Of a stretch of 64,000 nt of DNA, positions 1-15,860 are shown piece by piece (the stretch's first letter is position 1; every line of letters starts with the position of its first letter). Under the pieces are notes generated by a model. It was given only the letters and a program-made list of their open reading frames with translations, ran no database searches and had not been told where the DNA came from. Source of the DNA: Eledone cirrhosa (taxonomy: Eukaryota); NCBI GenBank assembly GCA_964016885.1, contig OZ024746.1:77314001-77378000 (forward strand), written 5' to 3'. The translations under genes were made by a program, and so were the position numbers.

Positions 1-3666
<3,666 letters not shown>

Positions 3667-4610
3667 TAAACAATTAAGTTAAAAATGTACATCCACATAT
3701 GTATACTGAAATACTAGTATGCATATGAATACACACACGTGTACATATGTAGATGTACCGAGTTTTCACTGGTCACTTTACTGTGAGTGTCCAGCTATTC
3801 TGTATGTAAACACACAGACAAACCGGTTTTTAGAGTCATACTGGTTTTTGAGGAAACACCTTTCCTCTATTCTCCAGAAAGCCAGACAAGGAATATTGGA
3901 CTAGTTTCGATGTTGTTACATCTCATCAGCAATATTTACCTATCTTCCGGCCTCTCTAGAGAATCGTGAAAGCACATATCGCTATATGCTTTTTCTATGA
4001 AAATTAGTAGTGGGCAGACCAATTTGCATAGAGCGTGAGTACGTACCGGTTCAACGGAGACGATAAAAACAAATAACGAAACGAAATTAAATTTCGTTTC
4101 GTTTGTAACTCACTTTTGTATGACTGACGCTTAAACAATTAAGTTAAAAATGTACATCCACATATGTATACTGAAATACTAGTATGCATATGAATACACA
4201 CACGTGTACATATGTAGATGTACCGAGTTTTCACTGGTCACTTTACTGTGAGTGTCCAGCTATTCTGTATGTAAACACACAGACAAACCGGTTTTTAGAG
4301 TCATACTGGTTTTTGAGGAAACACCTTTCCTCTATTCTCCAAAAACCAAAAGGTGTTTCCTCAAAAACCAGTATGACTCTAAAAACCGGTTTGTCTGTGT
4401 GTTTACATACAGAATAGCTGGACACTCACAGTAAAGTGACCAGTGAAAACTCGGTACATCTACATATGTACACGTGTGTGTATTCATATGCATACTAGTA
4501 TTTCAGTATACATATGTGGATGTACATTTTTAACTTAATTGTTTAAGCGTCAGTCATACAAAAGTGAGTTACAAACGAAACAAAATTTAATTTCGTTTCG
4601 TTATTTGTTT
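3667..4610 (-). mobile_element. Non-coding hammerhead-containing element (Penelope-like pLTR / retrozyme): about 1.45 tandem copies of a 465-bp unit plus an inverted 262-bp copy
   Basis: Direct repeat 3667-3876 = 4132-4341 (period 465). Inverted repeat 4067-4328 / 4349-4610 with a 20-nt spacer. Hammerhead at 3892-3936. Flanked on both sides by TA tracts. Confidence 0.75.
3892..3936 (-). ncRNA. Type I (minimal) hammerhead ribozyme
   Basis: Minus strand reads AAUAUUG-CUGAUGA-GAUGU(AACA)ACAUC-GAA-ACUAGU-C-CAAUAUU: 7-bp stem I, intact CUGAUGA and GAAA core, 5-bp stem II closed by G-C, palindromic ACUAGU stem III, GUC cleavage triplet (predicted cut between 3899 and 3898). Confidence 0.9.
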
Positions 4611-5067
4611 ATATATATATATATATATGTATATATATGTATATCTATATATATATGTATATATATGTATATCTATATATATATGTATATATATGTATAT
4701 CTATATATATATGTATATATATGTATATCTATATATATATGTATATATATGTATATCTATATATATATGTATATATATGTATATCTATATGTATATATAT
4801 GTATATCTATATATATATGTATATCTATATATATATGTATATATATATATATATGTATATATATATGTATATATATGTGTATATATATATGTATATCTAT
4901 GTATATATATATGTATATATATATATGTATATAGATCTATGTATATATATATATGTATATAGATCTATGTATATATATATATGTATATATATGTGTATAT
5001 ATATATGTATATATATACGTATATGTATATATATATGTATATATATACGTATATGTATATATATATG

Positions 5068-5098
<31 letters not shown>

Positions 5099-5110
5099 GT
5101 ACATATATGT
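4611..5110. repeat. (TA)n-derived compound microsatellite with ATCTAT/ATGTAT variants
   Basis: Direct inspection. Confidence 0.95.
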
Positions 5111-5345
5111 GCAAATATCATCATACATCCACTTTCTATGTTATTCATATATATGCAATGTCTATACCCATACAACACTCAGGTTTAATGTGTGTATACA
5201 CATATTTATCATTGTAGATGTAGCAAACCATAATTTGTTTTCTAAGCTACATTATGCCCACATGTGTAGCTGCATATATAAAATGTACAATAGTCATTTT
5301 AATCTACAGAGTGTAAGATAATTAGAATGGTTAGTTTTATCAGAA

Positions 5346-5885
5346 TTGACTTTTTTGTTGATAGTTAACATGAAGGTTCAAGGAGCTATTATTCCTGTTG
5401 ACAATAAAGGATTTCTCTCCACGAGTAAAAGCAGGCTCTGTGATGCCTGCATGCTAAGCACAATTTTGCATAATAGTAAAAACATAAGCAGTGAATGCAG
5501 AGGACATATGGAGGTTGGTGAGAAACAAATCAAGCATGCTCTGATGGATGTGTAATGTTAGTGGGCATGAATGATGAAGCATGGATGAGCTGAGAGAAAA
5601 ACTAGGCATACGAGGAATAAGATGCAGTGAGCAAGAGAGAAGATTGTACTGGGATGGATACTTCATGTGTATTAATACTGATTGTTGGACAAAGAATTGG
5701 TAAAAGATCTTAGTGGACGGAAGAGACAGTAGAAGACTTGGGCAAAAAATGGTTAGAACTGATTTAAAAACATTGAACCTCACATAGGAGATGAGGAAGG
5801 AATACAATGAGTTGGAGGAAGTTATGCTAGAAAAGAACTGTCAAACCCATGCAAGCATGGAAAAATGGATGTAAAATGACGTTGA
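5346..5885 (+). mobile_element. Old RTE-clade LINE 3' fragment
   Basis: Degenerate KGFLS...RLCDACM...ILHNS and ASML-WMC coding remnants, ending in the RTE tail 'cccatgcaagcatggaaaatggatgtaaaatga'; colinear with the young RTE at 61607-62200. Confidence 0.75.
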
Positions 5886-6054
5886 AACTTCCGATTTAGT
5901 TCATCCAACATTTTCCTTTGTCTTTTCATTCTAATAACTGCAAGCATCAGCTTTTTAAAGGTCAGCCTTAAAACAGTTGAACTTCTCCATCTATATGATC
6001 ATTAGTTTCTATTTCCACTGATTAATCTTCGCAGTTTCTTAGATGTTGACTTAT

Positions 6055-6500
6055 TAATCATTTTGTTACCATATTTCTAAAGACAGACACAATCTATAAT
6101 TATCAAATCATTTTCAAAATAATCAAGAAATTAGAAGGATTTAGTAATATAACTTTCTCAATATTAAACAGGTGTTTGTTAATGTAACAAAGGTTCTTAG
6201 CTAAAATCATGATAGAAGATTTTAAGATAAATGTAAACACTTTAAACCACTTTCATTACCATATTGCTAATGAGAGACATTGTCTATGATTTTCAAACAA
6301 TTTTGAAAATAACAAGAATTTGGAAGGATTTATTAAAATAACTTTCTCATAATTTAACTGGTTGTTGGAACGGAACATAAAGGATTTTACATAAAATTAT
6401 AGTGGAAAGCTTTTCGATAAATGTAAACCCTTTAAAATAAAAACAATTTTGTACCATAGAAATGGACACTTTTTAACCAAGTTGGTAACAAAAGGATTAA
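6055..6500 (+). mobile_element. Two adjacent degenerate copies of an AT-rich piggyBac-like MITE family (further partial copies near 6930-7280, 32400-32830 and 37586-37976)
   Basis: Termini resemble TTAACCCTTTCGTTACC...GGTAACAAAAGGATTAA; the internal sequence (catagaaccag, ggaagattttaat) recurs in the other copies. Confidence 0.5.
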
Positions 6501-6509
6501 GTAGTTAAT

Positions 6510-6630
6510 CATTTTTTTTATAAATTGATTTATAAATTGATTATTTTTTTTAAATTGATTTATAAATTGATTATTTTTTTATAAGTTGATTTATAAATTG
6601 ATTATTTTTTTTATAAATTGATTATTTTCT
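6510..6630. repeat. About 30-bp AT-rich tandem repeat (ataaattgatttataaattgattattttttt), 3-4 copies
   Basis: Direct inspection. Confidence 0.85.
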
Positions 6631-6731
6631 TTAATGTTTGAAATTCATAGGCAGTTTCCTTTTATTAGAAATATAGTTAGGAAAATATTAAAACTAAACA
6701 AATAACGGGAAACAAAACTGAGCCTTTAATA

Positions 6732-6896
6732 GATTGTTTCTCAAAATGGGATTTCAAAATTATGTGTATATACTATGCTTTATACTTTGATTGATCATGG
6801 GTAGGGCACAGTTATAATTATTATTATTTTTTTTTTTTGGTGGGGTGGGTGGAAATCGAAAGTGGGGCATGGGTAAAAAAACGTTTAGAAACACTG
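6732..6896. mobile_element. Possible hAT/Charlie-type MITE remnant
   Basis: Ends 'attgtttctcaaa' and 'tttagaaacactg' resemble CAGTGTTTCTCAAA-type TIRs; degenerate and no clear TSD. Confidence 0.4.
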
Positions 6897-8145
6897 GTAT
6901 AGTTTATCATTTTGAAATCTGATGACATAAAATGTTCTTGTATACAATAGGTTGTTTAACTTTTTACATACCAAATTTTTTGAAACCATTCCTCGTTTTT
7001 AAAGTGCTTATAATCATCTAAAAACCTTTCATCATAATTCTATATAATAACCTTTGTTATGGGCCAAACACCATCTTAATAATGGGAAGTTATATTATTA
7101 AATTGCTTCAATGTTTTATTTTAAGAATCATGCACAACGTCTTTTATTAGCGAAAGAGTTAACATAAAAGAACCTTTGTTATGTTATGTTCCAAACGCCA
7201 ACCTAATCATGAGAAAGTTTATTATATTACTAAATCCATCCAAAATTGTAAGCAGAGAAATACAGTCAAAAGGGTTAACAGCATTCTTCTGTAATTGAAA
7301 TTAGAAATTTTTCACAGGAAATTTACCCCTCCCCCTTTTTTAGTTCAATCAGTGCCAAGCTGCTGCTCTCTACTGAAGATGGATTTTTTTATTCCAGAAA
7401 GTGTCCAACTTTCAGAATTATTTCTTGGCTGAAGCAAAGCAGTACAGTAGTTAATGAATAACCATAGACCTGCTGTTCTGAATGGCTTCAAACAATGTGG
7501 AAGTGGTTGTTGGAGAGAGAGGGGGGGGGGGAGATAGATAGATAGGTAGAAGAGAATTAAGGAGAGAGGAATGAGAGAAAAAGAAGAGAAACAATTAAGA
7601 GAGTGAGTTAGAAAAGTAGAAGAAAGTGGAGAGAGAGAAAGAGAGAGAGAAGGGAAAAGAAAGAGGAGAGATAAAGAGAAAAAGCACTGAAGAGTGAGTT
7701 ATTAAAGCAAAACAGTTATATAAGAAAAAAGAGGGGAAAAAGCCAGAGAGAAAGGGGGGGGGGGGTAGAAGTGAAAAAAGAGAAGAAAAAAAAACACCAA
7801 AGAGCAAGGTATTACAACAAAACAAAGATATGAATAGAAAAAATAGAAGGAAAGTCAGTGAAAGAGAAAGAAACAGAGAGAGGTACACTGACAGAGTGAT
7901 AGTTGATTTGTATTTTTAGTTTTAGTTTTGGCATTGATTTCTAAGTCTTAGCAATCAACTGATCACTTGTATAGGTCAGTTGTTGTTTGTGAACCAAATA
8001 TCAGAGATACTTTGTTTAGGTGGTAATAAACTAATTTAGTGAACTGTAGTAGTAGTTGTTTGGAAATATAGTTGCCACAATGCAGATAAGTATAACTGCT
8101 TCTGATTTAGACATAAGGCCAACAATTTTAGGGGAGGAAAGTTGA

Positions 8146-8364
8146 TTAACCCTTTAGCATTTACATTACTCTATATATACTATTATATTTTCATGTTAAA
8201 GACTTTACCTCATGTAATTATCTCACATAATATCAAATCTATGAGATTTTGATAGTATTTATTTTGAGAACAATACCTTAACATCAGTTTGAGCGGCTGG
8301 TTTGAACAGAAAGAGGTTAGAGAATTCTGGCTGGTTAAGGTCAATTTGAACATTAAAGGGTTAT
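8146..8364. mobile_element. piggyBac-type MITE (about 210 bp) inserted into a minus-strand SINE
   Basis: TTAA-CCCTTTAGCATT ... AACATTAAAGGG-TTAT; closely similar copy at 51081-51298. The flanks (8110-8145 and 8365-8520) join into a Meta-domain SINE. Confidence 0.8.
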
Positions 8365-9353
8365 ATCAACTCCAGTGCATTACTGGCATCATTTTATCGC
8401 CCCCATAAGGATGATAGTCAAAAAGCTAATTTCAGCAGGATTTGAACTCCGAATGTAAAGGGGCTGTGATTCTGTGCTGCAAAGTATGTTGTCCGATGTA
8501 CTGCTGATACTGTCAATCTATTGACCTAATGCAGATAAGTATAATGATAGTTGATAACTGTATAAGTAGTTGTTGAATTAATCAGGTAAAGATACCTGCA
8601 GGGAATTGAACCACACATCTTTCATATGCCGGGTGCATGCGAGCTGCATGTTTTGATTTCCTGCAGGCAGTTCAGTATACTTTATTTTCTATCTCTAGAG
8701 GTATTTTACCTGATTTATTCAATTATTCATCATCAGTATCATCATTGTTTTCATGTCGACTTTCCCATGCTGGCATGGGTCAGAGAAGGCTTTTTGAGGC
8801 AATGTTTTACAGTCAGATGCCCTTCCTGACACAAACCCTTTTAGTTGCTTCTTATGGTACACAGTGATACTGTGTACCTATTCTAAACTGGATATACACA
8901 GCCATTTATATATTTATATAGTTATCTACTATTATAGTTATCTGCATTGTGGTGACTATATTTTCAAACTTCCCACTGCTTTGTAAGTCAACTTACATAG
9001 TTGTTTCTCGACAATTCCTATTCAACTACACATTTAAACTGACCTAAACCTCTAAAACAAAACGCAAAAATAATGTTGAGGTGGGGTGAGGGAGCACTTG
9101 TAAATTTTGTGTTTTAGTTGTTTCTCTGTATCTTCTCACCATTTATACTTTTTTAACACACACACGCACACACACACACACATACATTTTTATCATATTC
9201 ATTTAACATTCACTTTCCATACTACCATGGGTTAGTTGGGCCAGACGACCATGTCTTGCTCATATACAACTGTTTCTAGCTAGATTTCTACAGCTGGATG
9301 CCCTTCCTAACACCATATATATATGTGTATATATTTTTTGCAAACTTTTCTCA

Positions 9354-9605
9354 GGCATGGCTGTGAAGTAAAGGAGTTCACTTCACAACCACCCATGTGG
9401 TTTTGGGTTCAGTCCCACTGCATGACACCTTGAAACAAGTGTCTTCTACTTTCACCTTGGGTTGACTAATGCCCTGTGAGTGAGATTTGGTTAATGGAAA
9501 CTGTGTGGAAGCCCATTACGTGTGTATGTGTTTATTTCTTTTTCACACTCAGCCCCTGTCAGCATAGAAACATAGAGACATTAGATGATGATGATGATGA
9601 TGGTG

Positions 9606-9637
<32 letters not shown>

Positions 9638-9780
9638 CACGTGCGTGTGCGATGTCCCACAACCTAGCAGTTCCACAAAGTGATTGATAAAATAAGTACC
9701 ATGCTTTGAAAACAAAATTAATACTTGGGTGTGCAAAAAAATTAATCATGGCTGCAGTATAATGACTAAAAACAGTAAAA
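9354..9780 (+). mobile_element. tRNA-derived CORE-like SINE (related copies near 28098-28275, 37050-37170, 47270-47420 minus, 51320-51500 minus)
   Basis: A/B-box-like 'ggcatggctgtgaagtaa...gggttcagtccc', CORE-like 'ccttgaaacaagtgtcttctact', shared body 'gtgagtgagatttggttaatggaaactgtgtggaagccc'. Confidence 0.65.
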
Positions 9781-10265
9781 AAATGACTCAGCCTATTAAA
9801 GTACTTGTGATAGAAAATTTTGTCTATTTTACAGTAATTAAATTCTGTTCAGATACTGTTCACCTGTTGAATGTATAGATTTCAATTGTTAATTGTTAAT
9901 TACAGTTGAAGTTGCTTTTTTATCGTAATTAACTAAGGTGTTAGTGTTGTTAGCTTAACTATACAGATGATGAGAGCATCTGTACAGGCTTTAAATCATG
10001 GATAAGTAGCCATTTTGAATAACCATTGAGTGTGTGTCTGCATGGTGTCTGTATATGTAGCATCCTTGGTATGTTATGTATATAATGCTGTGTGTTGTGT
10101 GTGTGTGATGTTATGGGTATATGTATGTGCTACATATGTTGTGTGTTTATATGTAGCATTTATGTATGTTATATGTAACATGTATGTTGCATGTGTTTGT
10201 ATTTAGCATGTTAGTTATGTGTGTATATAACATGTCTATACTATATATGTATATTATTTATGTTT

Positions 10266-10416
10266 ATTGGCAGTATCGGTAGAGGGTCGGACGTCATGCT
10301 TTTACGCATAGAGTTACGGCCCTTTCCATTCTGAGTTCAAATCCCGCCGATAAAATAAAGTACCAGTAATGTACTGGGTAATTGCTGGCCTTGTGCCAAA
10401 AGTAGAAACAATTATT
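10266..10416 (+). mobile_element. Internally deleted Meta-domain tRNA SINE
   Basis: Matches the family at 15302 and 16788 but jumps from 'cccgccga' to 'taaaataaagtaccag'. Confidence 0.8.
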
Positions 10417-10627
10417 TATGTATGTAAGTGTGTATGTATGAAGTGCTTGCTATCCTATATATGTTATACTAGATATGCAATAGATATTTGTAATGAACAA
10501 TATGTTATGTAATATGTAATCTCCATAGACATTTGCATGTATTTAGTAAAAGACGCATAAGTAATGAAAGAAGACCTTTACTTGAGAAAAAATGGCATTA
10601 ATAATCTTGAGACTCTTTCTGACACAT

Positions 10628-11692
10628 CTACTCAGTGAATCTGCTATTAGCATCAATGAATGTTTCAATATGAGGTCTGAAACATTGGCATGCCCGAATC
10701 ATGATCTTTATCTATTTTAGACATTAAGCTAGTTATGGTGGACTTCAGAGATAGATTGTAGTGTTATGGTAGCATTGATTGACTTCCCTCTCGACTACAT
10801 CCCACATGTAGTAGTCTAACAGATTCAGGTCTGCAGAGCTAGTGAGCCATATGCTTGGAGTGAGGTGATCGTGAAGACTAGCTCATCCATTCTTAGGTAG
10901 TCTTAGCCTTATGAGATGGCAGAGAGTCTTGTTGGCAGGCGTAGAGTCTTTGCTTGAGCTCTCTATCCAAAACCTTACAACCTTCTTCAACACCTCTTTA
11001 TAGTCAGCTGCATTGACACTTAAGTTCCAAGGAAAGAAGTGAGGAGGCATGACATCTCCTTCATTACTTACGACTCTCAGAACCATCATAGTTGCTGGAA
11101 AAGTTGTGTGCAAGACCATTGGAACACCTTTAGGGTCTCTGTATAATCACACCATTCCTTCGGTTGACATTTTAGTCCTGTTCAAAATTTTTCTCATCAG
11201 AGAAAAAAACCAAAGCATTCCTTGCTCTTGATGTTTCAACTTGCTCAACAAGCAATTTGCATGAATCAGGCAGGTATCTGTTTTCTTTGCAGACATGAAT
11301 TAGCCTCTCCAAATCACATAAACTTGTATCAAAGGTCTTCATGCACAATTCTTCCAATAGTATGCTTTGAAACCTTGAGCTCCTTGGCGTTAATTGACTT
11401 TGTGGGGTCCTTATTGATAAATTTTCTGCCCCTTCCATACAAATTTGGGTGTTCTGATGATATTAGGATCCTTAGCTTTCAGTTTGCAAACTTTAACAAC
11501 AAACAACTGTATAACTTTCAAGAAGCAAGTAATCTCTAAATCACTATGCTCTGCCTTTAAGGCAATGATTAGAGCTTGCCTTTTTATTTGCTGAGTTAGC
11601 ATATTTGTCATTATTTATCTGGAAAGAAATGATAATTAGAACAAAAGTTAGAGCTAGTAAAAGACATGTTCTCAAAGAACTGAGCAGCCCTG
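10628..11692 (-). mobile_element. Decayed Tc1/mariner transposon (maT/DD37D-like transposase pseudogene)
   Basis: Frameshifted pieces: N-terminal MLTQQIKRQALIIALKAEHSDLEI, catalytic VFFSDEKNF, VLRVVSNEGDVMPPHFF, a QQDS-PSHKAKTT segment, and SSADLNLLDYYMWDVVEREVN (SPDLNPLDY-like). The terminus CAGGGCTGCTCA abuts TA at 11693-11694; the other TIR was not found. Confidence 0.85.
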
Positions 11693-12089
11693 TATGTTAT
11701 GTATGTAATGTATACATGTACATGATGTAATCTGTTACGTATGTATGTCTGTAATGTATTATGTATGTATGTAATGTAATGTTTTGTAATTCAGTTGTTT
11801 GTATTAAATATGCTTTAGTATCATTTGTCAATAACTCTTTCTCCACACCATCACATCTGCTGGCTCAATTACTACATATAAACTTTTACTTGAGTGTCTG
11901 AAAATATAGATGAATGAGATTTGCCTGACTCTCTAATGAATGAAACTTTGGGTGATTCTTCAGTGCTGTGATAAACTGAAGTAGCTGTTACTGAGAATAA
12001 ACATTCAAATAAATATGATAAATTTTAATTTACTGTGTCTAACAAATCCTGATGATTTATATTTATATAGATATTGAGACTGTAGACAT

Positions 12090-12580
12090 GGAGGCATGTA
12101 ACCTTGTGGTTAGGCTGTTGAACTGACAGTCCATAAGGTCATGAGTTTGATTCATTGAGCAGGTGGCATCTTTTCCTGATGTTGCATTTCCTATTGCTTT
12201 TCATGACAGGATTGTGGTCCTTTTCATTAAAACTCCCCTAGAAGCCTCCTATGAGATGCAACTTTTTAGGAAGCCATCTAAACCTAAGTATGTGTAAGTG
12301 ATACATTTCATTATAAACAGTTGGGAGTTTGATTCCTGGTTTTGGCTGTGAGTTGTCTCATTGAGCAAGAAGCTTCATTCCATGTTGCTTTTCATGATAG
12401 GACTGGAACCCCTATCATTGATAGACCCTAGAAACATCCTCTGAGATACAACCTTGTAGAAGGCTTGTTAAGCCTGTGCAGGTTGTTCAATTAGTTGTTC
12501 GATTAGTGGCAGATGGTGTTCTTGAGCAAGACGTTTCATTTCACATTGCTTTCTATGATAGAACTGGGGCTCCTATTACT
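12090..12580 (+). repeat. Diverged tandem triplication (about 180-bp unit) of a CORE-SINE 5' segment
   Basis: Recurrent 'ttgagcaag...ttgcttttcatgataggactgg...cctagaa...gagat(g/a)caac' at about 12150, 12360 and 12520. Confidence 0.55.
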
Positions 12581-13300
12581 AACCTTTAACATCCTGTTTT
12601 GATTTAGCAGAAAAAAATCTAAACACAGGTATAATTCAAATTATTATCTTTGCTGATGGACAGATCCTTGTGAAAATTTGCATTATTAGGGTAAAGATTT
12701 TAATTTTTTATGTGATGCAGTCATAGTTTGGTATTTTAAAAAAATGTGTTTTTATATAGTTTCACGACGTATAGGACATTAAGAAACCTCCCATGAGATT
12801 CAACTACATAGGATGGTGTCTAAACCTACGGGGGTCTGAGCTGTATATTTGATTTGATTTCTTTTTTTAACCCATGCAGGTATGACACCACCATTATGAA
12901 TATGGTCATATTTTGCCAATACATGTACACCTAAGCTATTTAATTTACAATGAACAGATAAACAATTGTCTTTATTAGAGGCCATATTGAGTTATAATGT
13001 TTTCTCTTTACTCTTGTTGTCGTCTCTATTGATTTAAAAAAAAAAAAAAAAAATCTTTTGTTGCCATTGTCATTGCCATCTGCACCACCACATTCATCAT
13101 CACCATCATCACCAGTACCACTAACCACCATCATCACCACATTTAGTCAATACTGTCTGATAACCCTGTAAACATGTATGTGAATCTCCAGAGTAGCAGG
13201 ACACTCACTTAACCATAAAACTATAAATCTCTACTGTGGTATTGAGCATTCATTTCTGCAGCTGTCAATTCTTTAATGTGTGTGTGTGTGTGTATAGAGT

Positions 13301-13343
<43 letters not shown>

Positions 13344-13782
13344 CACCATGGCTGCAGTCTGATGACTGAAACCAGTAAAAGAATAAAAGAATACACACAC
13401 ATGTATATACGTGACATGTTATATAAGGCGGTTGATTTGGCAGAATCGCAAGAGCATTGGATTGTTTCTTAACGAGCTCTGTGTTCTGAGTTCAAATCCA
13501 ACTAAGGTTTACTTTGTCTACTGGGTCGATAAACTACCAGCCCAGTTGATGGTTCATCCATTTTCGCCTCCAACTGTCACATCCTGGATGTTACACAGGA
13601 TCAAGGGAGAGTGTGACAAGAGGGTGTCTGTATCTGCTTGTCATTACACAAGTACCCAAAACGCAATGTGTGAAAGCATGGCACATTTGCTGGTTTGTCA
13701 TACTTATGTTATAGTTTGTTCAGAGAATGTATGGAGACTGAGAGAGGGCACAGGGAGAGAGGGCACATGGAGAAACAGAGAG

Positions 13783-13839
<57 letters not shown>

Positions 13840-14003
13840 TTTCTACATGTGATGAAAGCAGTAAATTGTTGCTTGAGAGTTGACATGAAAGAACAGCTGT
13901 TAGGAAAAGATGTGTTCAATCTGAGAGATAACATTTATCATACATTTTCATTCTTTAGTAGATGCAAGAATTAATTAGTTTATTAATATTTATAAACATA
14001 CAT

Positions 14004-14350
14004 GGAGGCACATAGCTTAGTGTGGTTAGAGCATTGGCCTTGCAATCGAAAGGTTGTGAGTTCAATTCTCAGACCGAGTGATGTGTTGTTTCCTTGAGCA
14101 AGACACTTTATTTCACATTGCTCCAGTTTACTCAGCTGTAGAAATGAGATGATAGGGACTGAGGTCCATAACATTCCACTGCAAAGTGGTCGTGGAGGTG
14201 CCACGGCAAAAAAGCACCCAGCACTCACTGTAAATGAGGTTGGTGTTAGGAAGGGCATCCAGCTGTAGAAATCAAGCCAGAATCAGTTCCCGTCCCACCC
14301 TTGCAAGCAGGGAAAAGCGGACGTAAAATAAAATGATGATGAATGATGAT
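14004..14350 (+). mobile_element. Young composite SINE: tRNA head + CORE-like segment + V-domain-like segment + RTE 3' tail
   Basis: A box tagcttagtgtgg, B box gagttcaattc, 'ccttgagcaagacacttta', 'ggaagggcatccagctgtagaaa', tail identical to the RTE at 61631-61671, (TGA)n end. Near-identical copies at 16999-17337 and 36206-36549. Confidence 0.9.
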
Positions 14351-14454
14351 ACATATGTACGTACAAACAAACATACATATACATCTTCAGGATTCAAAGG
14401 GTTAAATTTGTATTTTTTCTTTCTTTCACTTTAGAAAAATAATCTTTGTCTCGC

Positions 14455-14556
14455 ATGTGTATGTATATATGTGTATATATATATATATGTCATTGTTTAA
14501 TGTCAGCTTTTCTATATATGTATATATCTATATCTATATGTGTATATATATATATG

Positions 14557-14637
<81 letters not shown>

Positions 14638-14897
14638 GTGTGTGTATATATATATATGTGTGTACATATATATATATGTGTGTGTATATACATATATGTG
14701 TGTACATATATATATATATGTGTGTGTATATATATATATGTGTGTACATATATATATATATGTGTGTGTATATATATGTGTGTATATATATATGTTTGTA
14801 CATATATATATATGTGTGTGTGTGTGTATATACATGTATATCTGCATGCCTATATGCCTATATATGTGTGTGTGTATATACATGTATATCTGCATGC

Positions 14898-14957
<60 letters not shown>

Positions 14958-15055
14958 TTGTATATATGTATATCTATACATGCCTATATGTGTAAGTATA
15001 TTTGTATATATGTATGTGGATACATGCTTGTGTGTGTATGTGTGTATGTATATAC
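14455..15055. repeat. (TG)n/(TA)n compound microsatellite
   Basis: Direct inspection. Confidence 0.95.
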
Positions 15056-15301
15056 ATTTCCTCACATACACACATCATTTTCCAATCATTCCTGTCATAA
15101 TCTTGTGATCAATTGAGAAATTGATTTAAATAATGAATATGGTGAAGAACTTTCTAGCAAGAGCTACTGGCTACTACAGCAACAAAGATTTAAATCTTGA
15201 ACTATAACTATAGCTATGTATTTATATGACTTCTAAACTGGTTTGTTTCTCATTGTTGAGATTTAAAAATTGTCCTTCTTTTTTTTAATTATTATTCACA
15301 A

Positions 15302-15860
15302 GGGCAGTGGATTGGCAGTATCGGTAAAGGGTCGGACGCCATGCTTTGACGCATAGAGTTACGGCCCTTGCCATTCTCAGTTCAAATCCCACCGAGGTTA
15401 ACTTTGCCTTTCATCCTTATGGGGTCGATAAAATAAAGTACCAGTAATGTACTGGGTAATTGCTGGCCTTGTGCCAAACGTATAAACAATTATTATTATG
15501 CGGCCTTACGGGGGTCGATAAAATAAAGTACCAGTGATGTACTGGGTAATTGCTGGCCAAAAGTAGAAACAATTATTATTATTCACATTTGTGAGGGCGG
15601 TGGATTGGCAGAATCGGTAGACTGTCGGACAATATGCTTTTCAGCACAGAGTAATGGCTCTTTACATTCTGAGTTCAAATCCTGCCGAGGTTACATTCTG
15701 AGACAAAATGATTTGCGGCATATAGTTATGGCCCTTTACCTTTCATCCTTACAGGGTCGATAAAATAGAATACCAGTAACGCACTGGTGTCGATTTAACT
15801 GACTTTCCCCTCCTCTTCAAATTGCTCGCCTTGTGCTTAAAGTAGAAACCATTATTATTA
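15302..15860 (+). mobile_element. Head-to-tail cluster of Meta-domain tRNA SINEs with (ATT)n tails
   Basis: Repeated 'gggcggtggattggcagtatcggtag...gagttcaaatcccgccgagg...gcctttcatccttacggggtcgataaaataaagtaccag...ggccttgtgcc...gaaac(att)n'. Confidence 0.88.

Noticed and set aside
7366-7416. CTGAAGA-tgga(ttttttat)tcca-GAAAgtgTC, a hammerhead-like core
   Set aside because: No stem I pairing with the flanks and a non-canonical stem II closing pair; likely chance.
14004-14075. tRNA-like sequences with A/B boxes (also at 15302, 16788 and 49846)
   Set aside because: They are SINE heads continuing into SINE bodies and do not form a full cloverleaf.
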